The notes below the pieces were generated by a model. The model searched no databases and was not told the origin of the DNA. It worked only from the letters and a program-made list of their open reading frames with translations. A DNA stretch of 15,466 nucleotides, taken from the NCBI GenBank assembly GCA_964247135.1, contig CAXTTL010000114.1, forward strand, positions 1-15,466. Direction: 5' to 3'. Position numbers and translations under genes: made by a program. The DNA is from an uncultured Deinococcales bacterium (lineage in GTDB: Bacteria; Deinococcota; Deinococci; Deinococcales; JAAFIG01). Shown piece after piece: positions 8,067 through 15,466 of this stretch (positions are counted from its first letter, which is position 1; the number at the start of each line of letters is the position of its first letter).

Positions 8067-9170
8067 ATGAGTGCCACCATTTTTTTTGATTCCGTGTTGA
8101 TCGCCGGCGTTGGTTTGATCGGCGGCAGTGTCGCCAGGGGTTTGCGCGAACGTTTTTTGGCGCGCGAAATTCTGGGACTGGACAGCGACCCTGAAACACT
8201 GAGCACCGCGCTCGGTTTGGGCGTGATCGATGCCGCACGCTTGAGTGTTGGCGAGTGGGTGCGAGGCGTTGATCTGGTGATTCTCGCCGTGCCCGTCCGG
8301 GCGCTGCCAGGGTTATTGAACCAATTGATTCCATTCTTATCCGAAACCTGTATTTTGACCGATGTCGGTTCGGTCAAAGCCCCGTTGCTGGACGCCATCT
8401 CGAGCTTTCCAAATGTTATTCAAGAACGATTTGTCGGCGGGCACCCAATGGCGGGTTCTGAACGCGCTGGGGTTCAACACTCGAGCGCCAGTTTGCTGCA
8501 AAACGCGATTTGGGTTTTAACGCCGACATCACAAACCCAACCCTTAATTCTCGAGCGGGTGCAAGAATTGGTGGCGGCGCTGGGTGCGAATCCTGTGGTG
8601 CTCGAGCCTTTGGCGCACGACAAACTGGTCGCCACGGTGTCGCACTTGCCGTACCTCTCGGCGCTCGCCTTGACGCGCCTTATTGCCCGTCACGAAGACC
8701 GCGATGGTCTGGCGCTGCTTGCCGCCGGAGGTTTCCGAGATTTGACCCGCGTGGCGTCGGGCGACCCGCGCATGAGCCGCGACATGGTGGTCGAAAACCG
8801 TACCGCCGTGCGTGAAGCCATCGGGCGTTACCGCAATGAGCTTGGGGTGATCGAGGAGATGCTCGAGACGCCAGAAAACTTGCTCGAGGCTGCCACCGAG
8901 GGCAAGCGCAGCCGCGACAGCCTGCCCGTGGTGCGGCGATCCTTGCTGCCAGGCTTGCACGATGTGGTGGTTTTGATTCCCGATCAACCAGGCGAGTTTG
9001 CCCGCATCACAAGTTTGTTGGGCAACAATTCGGTCAACATCAAAGACATTGAAGTGCTGGTCATGCGCGAACAGGGTGGTGCAGTACGTCTGGGATTCGC
9101 CAGCCTCGACGAAGCCAATGAAGCCAAATCGCTACTCGAGCTATCGGGGTATCCAGTTCGCGGACGTTGA
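8067..9170 (+). CDS. tyrA: Prephenate dehydrogenase with C-terminal ACT domain
   Basis: Rossmann motif IAGVGLIGGS, TDVGSVK, FVGGHPMAGSE, HD..VA.VSHLP and GGFRDLTRVA. ACT domain IPDQPGEFARI...VNIKDIEV. Confidence 0.93.
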   Translation: MSATIFFDSVLIAGVGLIGGSVARGLRERFLAREILGLDSDPETLSTALGLGVIDAARLSVGEWVRGVDLVILAVPVRALPGLLNQLIPFLSETCILTDVGSVKAPLLDAISSFPNVIQERFVGGHPMAGSERAGVQHSSASLLQNAIWVLTPTSQTQPLILERVQELVAALGANPVVLEPLAHDKLVATVSHLPYLSALALTRLIARHEDRDGLALLAAGGFRDLTRVASGDPRMSRDMVVENRTAVREAIGRYRNELGVIEEMLETPENLLEAATEGKRSRDSLPVVRRSLLPGLHDVVVLIPDQPGEFARITSLLGNNSVNIKDIEVLVMREQGGAVRLGFASLDEANEAKSLLELSGYPVRGR

Positions 9171-9199
9171 GCCTTTAACCACCTTGATCGGCAATCCCT

Positions 9200-9208
9200 T
9201 GTTATACT
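9200..9208 (+). promoter_or_regulatory. Extended -10 element for a leaderless transcript of the 9215 ORF
   Basis: TGT-TATACT-GGGCTG-GTG, placing the -10 6 nt before GTG 9215. Confidence 0.6.
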
Positions 9209-9214
9209 GGGCTG

Positions 9215-9730
9215 GTGGATGTGACTTGGTTTGATTTGATCATGATGACGCTGCTGGCTGGCGTTGTGGTTATCGGTGCGCGGCGCGGCGTGGCGGGCTT
9301 GGTCGCTGGATTGGGAGCCTTACTCGCCTGGGTCATGATTAACATTGTGGCTGGCGTCGAACCGCTGCTGGGTTTGTTTCTGGGCGCAGCAACTGGTTTT
9401 GGACTGGCGATGCTCGCCAAGTACATCAACACCATCCCCGCCTTTCAAACCAGCAGCGAAATGGTTTCATTGGCGCTCGGGGCGGTCGGCGGCTTGATCC
9501 TCGGGTTGGGTTTGGTGGCGGCGCTCAGTTTGGGTTTTCCGACCCGCCAAAATCCGACGACCGGAAAATTCTTTTACCCCAGCGACAGTTTACCCAACTG
9601 GATTTACGACGGTGTCAATCAATCTGTGATTCAAACCTCCCTGTCCAAAGGGCGCAACAACGGCGGCTTGGGCATTTGGAGCAGTTCAAAAACAATTCGC
9701 GCTTTTTTGCTGCCAGATCGAAACCGTTAA
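9215..9730 (+). CDS. Integral membrane protein, CvpA-like
   Basis: N-terminal FDLI...GARRG and a later LGAVGG motif resemble the CvpA family. About 4 hydrophobic segments. Confidence 0.65.
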   Translation: MDVTWFDLIMMTLLAGVVVIGARRGVAGLVAGLGALLAWVMINIVAGVEPLLGLFLGAATGFGLAMLAKYINTIPAFQTSSEMVSLALGAVGGLILGLGLVAALSLGFPTRQNPTTGKFFYPSDSLPNWIYDGVNQSVIQTSLSKGRNNGGLGIWSSSKTIRAFLLPDRNR

Positions 9731-9847
9731 GCACGAACAAAACGTGCGTTCTTTACACATATCACTCATCTTGCTGTATCATGACTTTCTAAGCTCGAGG
9801 TTCAACTCGAGGGATTGGAGGTCAAGCGAACAACACCGTATTCGGGA

Positions 9848-10042
9848 AGCGCAAGTCCCCACCCGAGGAACACTCGGGCAGGGGAGACGAGGTAGAGGTC
9901 TTTAACGAGATAAGCCTTAAACGGCGAAAAGCGAATCATCTGCGGATGCCTCTCGGGTTCACCCAACCCGCCCGAACAGTTCGGAAAATTTAAAGTCAGA
10001 ATATCGTCTGATAACGGCGAATAAGAGCTTTAAAATCTGAAC
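9848..10042 (+). ncRNA. glmS ribozyme-riboswitch (GlcN6P-activated self-cleaving RNA), structural variant
   Basis: Lies upstream of glmS. Cleavage-site motif A^GCGCAAG (9848/9849). P1 TCCCC/GGGGA (9856-60/9881-85) with inner CCCGAG/CTCGGG. Conserved GACGAGG (9886-92). P2 AGAGG/CCTCT. CATCTGCGGATG core. P3 CGGGTT/AACCCG (9954-59/9965-70). P4-like GTTCGGA/TCTGAAC and TTTAAAG/CTTTAAA. Confidence 0.88.
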
Positions 10043-10245
10043 AACACAAAGTGTTTGCGGGAAAACCCGTTGCAAAACGGTCACAACCCAAACACAGGGA
10101 AAACGGCGGAACAAGCACCGCCAAGAAAAACCAAAAGCCGTTCAAAACCCGAGTTGAGCTGGTGCTGTCATTTTTTGCAGCCCCAGAACATTTTTTCAGC
10201 GGTCAAAACCGCGCAACACTTGTGGATTGCAAGTGAGAGGTTTTC

Positions 10246-12066
10246 ATGTGTGGAATTGTTGGATATGTTGGACCCCGCAACGCGGTTGACGTGCTGATCA
10301 ACGGACTTTCAAAACTCGAGTATCGCGGTTACGACAGTGCGGGCGTTGCTGTGAACACTGGACATCACCTCGAGATCAGAAAAAATGCGGGCAAACTAGG
10401 AGTTCTGTCCGATGCCCTCAAAGGTCAGTCATTGACCGGAACGCTCGGCATCGGTCACACGCGCTGGGCAACGCACGGTCGTCCCAACGATGTCAACGCG
10501 CACCCTCATGCCACCGAAGATGGCAAGATCGTGATTATTCACAACGGCATCATCGAAAATTACTTGCCGTTAAAAGAAAGCCTGATCGCCAAAGGGCACA
10601 GCTTCAAATCCGAAACCGATTCTGAAGTCCTGGCGCACCTGATCGAAGACCAGTACCAGGGTAACCTCGAGCAGGCGGTACGCGCCGCCCTGGGGCAGGT
10701 GCGCGGCGCGTATTCCCTGGTGGTCACGCACGCCGACCACCGCGAGATCGTCGCCGCCCGAACCGTCAGCCCACTGGTCATGGGTGTCGGTAAGGGCGAA
10801 AACTTTCTGGCGTCCGACGTTCCAGCGCTGCTTGCCTACACCCGAGAAGTGATTTTCTTGCACGACGGCGACATGGTGGTGATTCACGACAACGATTACC
10901 GCATCACCGATTTGGCAGGCAACGAGGTCACTCGAGCGGTCACGCACATCGAATGGGACGCCGAAGCCGCCGAAAAAGGTGGATTTGAAACCTACACCCT
11001 CAAAGAAATTTTTGAACAACCCCAAGCCCTGACCAACACGCTTTTGGGACGCCTGCGCGACGAAACGGGCGAAGTTGATTTGGACATCAACCTTGACCCG
11101 AAAAGCTTTAAACGCATCAGCATTATCGCCTGTGGCACGGCATTTTATGCGGGTTTGGTCGGCGAATACCTGATCGAACAACTGGCACGCATTCCCGTCG
11201 AAGTCGATGTCGCCAGCGAATACCGTTACCGCCAACCGTTGGTCAGCGAAAACACCCTGGCAATCGTGATCTCGCAATCGGGCGAAACCATCGATACCTT
11301 GGAGGCATTGCGCGAAGCCAAAAAAGACGGCGCGAAAACCCTAGGCGTGATCAACGCCAAAGGCTCGAGCATGACCCGTGAGGTGGATGACGTGCTCTAC
11401 ATTCACTCGGGACCCGAAATCGGGGTTGCCAGCACCAAAGTCTATACCAGCATGGTCAGCGCGATGCTGATGCTGGCGCTGTGGCTTGGACGCGCCAGGG
11501 GAACGCTGGACAGTGCCAAAGGCGCAGAACTGATTCATGCCGCCAGGGAATTGCCGCGCCTGGTCGAACAAGCCCTCGAGCCTGAACGCGTGGAGAACAT
11601 CAAACGGATTGCCGAAAAGTACAAGAATGCCAGGGATTATCTGTTTTTGGGACGCGGTGTGAACGCACCAACCGCGTTTGAAGGCGCACTCAAACTTAAA
11701 GAACTCTCGTACATTCACGCCGAAGCCTACGCCGCCGGCGAAATGAAACACGGACCGATTGCCCTGATCGACGAAAACCTGCCCGTGGTTGCCATCGCCA
11801 CCGACAGCTTTTTGCTCGAGAAAACCATTTCCAACATTCAAGAAGTACGCGCCCGTTCAGGACAAGTGATTGCCGTGGTTTCTGACGGTGATACTGATGC
11901 TTCACGTCATGCCGACGATGTGATTTTTGTGCCAAAGGCGCACGAGATGGTCAGCCCGATTGTGAATGTGGTTGCATTGCAATTGCTGGCATATTTCACG
12001 GCGACCACGCTAGGGAAAGACGTGGACAAGCCGCGTAATCTTGCCAAATCGGTCACGGTGGAATAA
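10246..12066 (+). CDS. glmS: Glutamine--fructose-6-phosphate aminotransferase (isomerizing)
   Basis: MCGIVG N-terminus, LEYRGYDSAG, GHTRWATHG, ISQSGET, EGALKLKE, KHGPIAL and PRNLAKSVTVE C-terminus. Confidence 0.99.
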   Translation: MCGIVGYVGPRNAVDVLINGLSKLEYRGYDSAGVAVNTGHHLEIRKNAGKLGVLSDALKGQSLTGTLGIGHTRWATHGRPNDVNAHPHATEDGKIVIIHNGIIENYLPLKESLIAKGHSFKSETDSEVLAHLIEDQYQGNLEQAVRAALGQVRGAYSLVVTHADHREIVAARTVSPLVMGVGKGENFLASDVPALLAYTREVIFLHDGDMVVIHDNDYRITDLAGNEVTRAVTHIEWDAEAAEKGGFETYTLKEIFEQPQALTNTLLGRLRDETGEVDLDINLDPKSFKRISIIACGTAFYAGLVGEYLIEQLARIPVEVDVASEYRYRQPLVSENTLAIVISQSGETIDTLEALREAKKDGAKTLGVINAKGSSMTREVDDVLYIHSGPEIGVASTKVYTSMVSAMLMLALWLGRARGTLDSAKGAELIHAARELPRLVEQALEPERVENIKRIAEKYKNARDYLFLGRGVNAPTAFEGALKLKELSYIHAEAYAAGEMKHGPIALIDENLPVVAIATDSFLLEKTISNIQEVRARSGQVIAVVSDGDTDASRHADDVIFVPKAHEMVSPIVNVVALQLLAYFTATTLGKDVDKPRNLAKSVTVE

Positions 12067-12116
12067 GCGCTACGTTTTTCAGCCCGCGCGTGATGTGTAC
12101 GGCAAATAGCGTTTGA

Positions 12117-12158
12117 AACTTTGAGGTGACTTGACCAAACTCAAGTCACCTCAAAGTT
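12117..12158. terminator. Perfect 18-bp inverted repeat between convergent glmS and SDR genes (probable bidirectional terminator or REP-like element)
   Basis: AACTTTGAGGTGACTTGA-CCAAAC-TCAAGTCACCTCAAAGTT. Confidence 0.6.
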
Positions 12159-12246
12159 CAGCTTGCCAACAAGAATAATCCAATGTTTTTTTCATCCCTC
12201 GAGCTTTATCCATCTTGCATGATTGAACATAAGCTGCAATGCCCCG

Positions 12247-13029
12247 CTAACCACCGTGTGAGAAATCGGCGTACAAGGTCATGCCGCCATCAACAAACAC
12301 GGTTGTGCCTGTCAGGTAACTCGAGTCATCACTGGCAAGATTCACGAGCACATTGCCGATTTCGGCAGGTTGTCCCATGCGCCCCATCGGGATTTTTTTG
12401 TTCAAATCCGCCAACCCGCTCGGGTCGCTCCAGACCGATTGGTTGATCGGCGTTTGAACCGCCCCAGGCGCGAGCGCCAGGACGCGCACGCCAAACTCGG
12501 CGGCTTCCTGCGCGAGCGTTTTGGTGAGCATCCCCAAGCCCGCTTTGGATGCCGTGTACGCGCTGTAGCCGCCCCAGGGGATGACCTCGTGAACGCTGGT
12601 GATGTTGATGACCACACCCGATTTTTTTGCCACCATTCTGGCGAGCGCTTCCTGCGCACAGTGAAACGCGCCGAACAGATTCACCTCGAGCGTCTTGCGC
12701 CATTTGGCAGCATCCACCTCCCAGGCTCGAGCGCGAACACCATCAATGCCGGCGTTGTTGACCAGAATATCAACGATGCCAAGTTCGGTGTCGGCTAGGG
12801 CGAACATGGCTTTGACGGCGGCTGGGTCAGTGATATCAGCCTCGAGCGCGACAGATTTGACGCCGAGCGCCTGAATTTGGGCGACCAGCGCCTGGGCTGG
12901 GGCAGGATTGCCGATGAATGCCACACCGACGTTTGCGCCCGCACCCGCGAGTGCCAACGAAAACGCCGAACCTAGACCGCCTGAACCACCGGTCACAATG
13001 GCGGTTTTTCTTTCGAGTTTTAAAATCAT
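12247..13029 (-). CDS. Short-chain dehydrogenase/reductase, glucose 1-dehydrogenase-like
   Basis: TGGSGGLG, LVNNAG and YTASK motifs, plus SVHEVIPW and FVDGGMTLY typical of glucose-1-dehydrogenase-type SDRs. RBS AGAGGA. Confidence 0.85.
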   Translation of the reverse strand: MILKLERKTAIVTGGSGGLGSAFSLALAGAGANVGVAFIGNPAPAQALVAQIQALGVKSVALEADITDPAAVKAMFALADTELGIVDILVNNAGIDGVRARAWEVDAAKWRKTLEVNLFGAFHCAQEALARMVAKKSGVVINITSVHEVIPWGGYSAYTASKAGLGMLTKTLAQEAAEFGVRVLALAPGAVQTPINQSVWSDPSGLADLNKKIPMGRMGQPAEIGNVLVNLASDDSSYLTGTTVFVDGGMTLYADFSHGG

Positions 13030-13101
13030 GAATAATTCCTCTCTGTTCTCAACCAGAGCAAACTACGGTTCGGAAATGGAGTGCAGATGGAAGCTCGAGT
13101 T

Positions 13102-15465
<2,364 letters not shown>

Positions 15466-15466
15466 T

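Noticed and set aside
10051-10297. Short ORFs in the glmS leader as possible leader peptides
   Set aside because: They have no RBS or plausible coding features, and the region is better explained as structured RNA.
10560-11935. Minus-strand ORFs inside glmS (e.g. 235 aa and 166 aa)
   Set aside because: Antisense shadows caused by codon bias in glmS.
1139-12066. glmS and the galactosaminidases as one amino-sugar cluster
   Set aside because: They are separated by unrelated housekeeping genes and independent promoters, so the proximity is likely coincidental.

Overview
Chromosomal window, probably from a Deinococcota (Deinococcales-like) bacterium. That assignment is inferred from GlmS/TyrA character, a glmS ribozyme with an insertion in its catalytic core, and several leaderless genes. 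Gene order: an orphan ORF; a divergent pair of predicted alpha-1,4-(N-acetyl)galactosaminidases (a small PelA-hydrolase/GH166-like enzyme with no signal peptide, and a 1070-aa lipoprotein with six DUF11-type repeats ending in a GH114 domain); an aquaporin; a TPR protein coupled to an Hsp20; a hypothetical protein; tyrA-ACT; a CvpA-like membrane protein; a variant glmS ribozyme with a long structured leader; glmS; a glucose-1-dehydrogenase-like SDR; and a 5'-truncated GH63/MGH1-like glucosidase. The most striking non-genic signal is the palindrome CTCGAG. I count about 84 copies by hand against about 4 expected, in all reading frames and in almost every gene, which resembles a HIP1-like highly iterated palindrome. 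I found no mobile element, CRISPR array, tRNA or rRNA.
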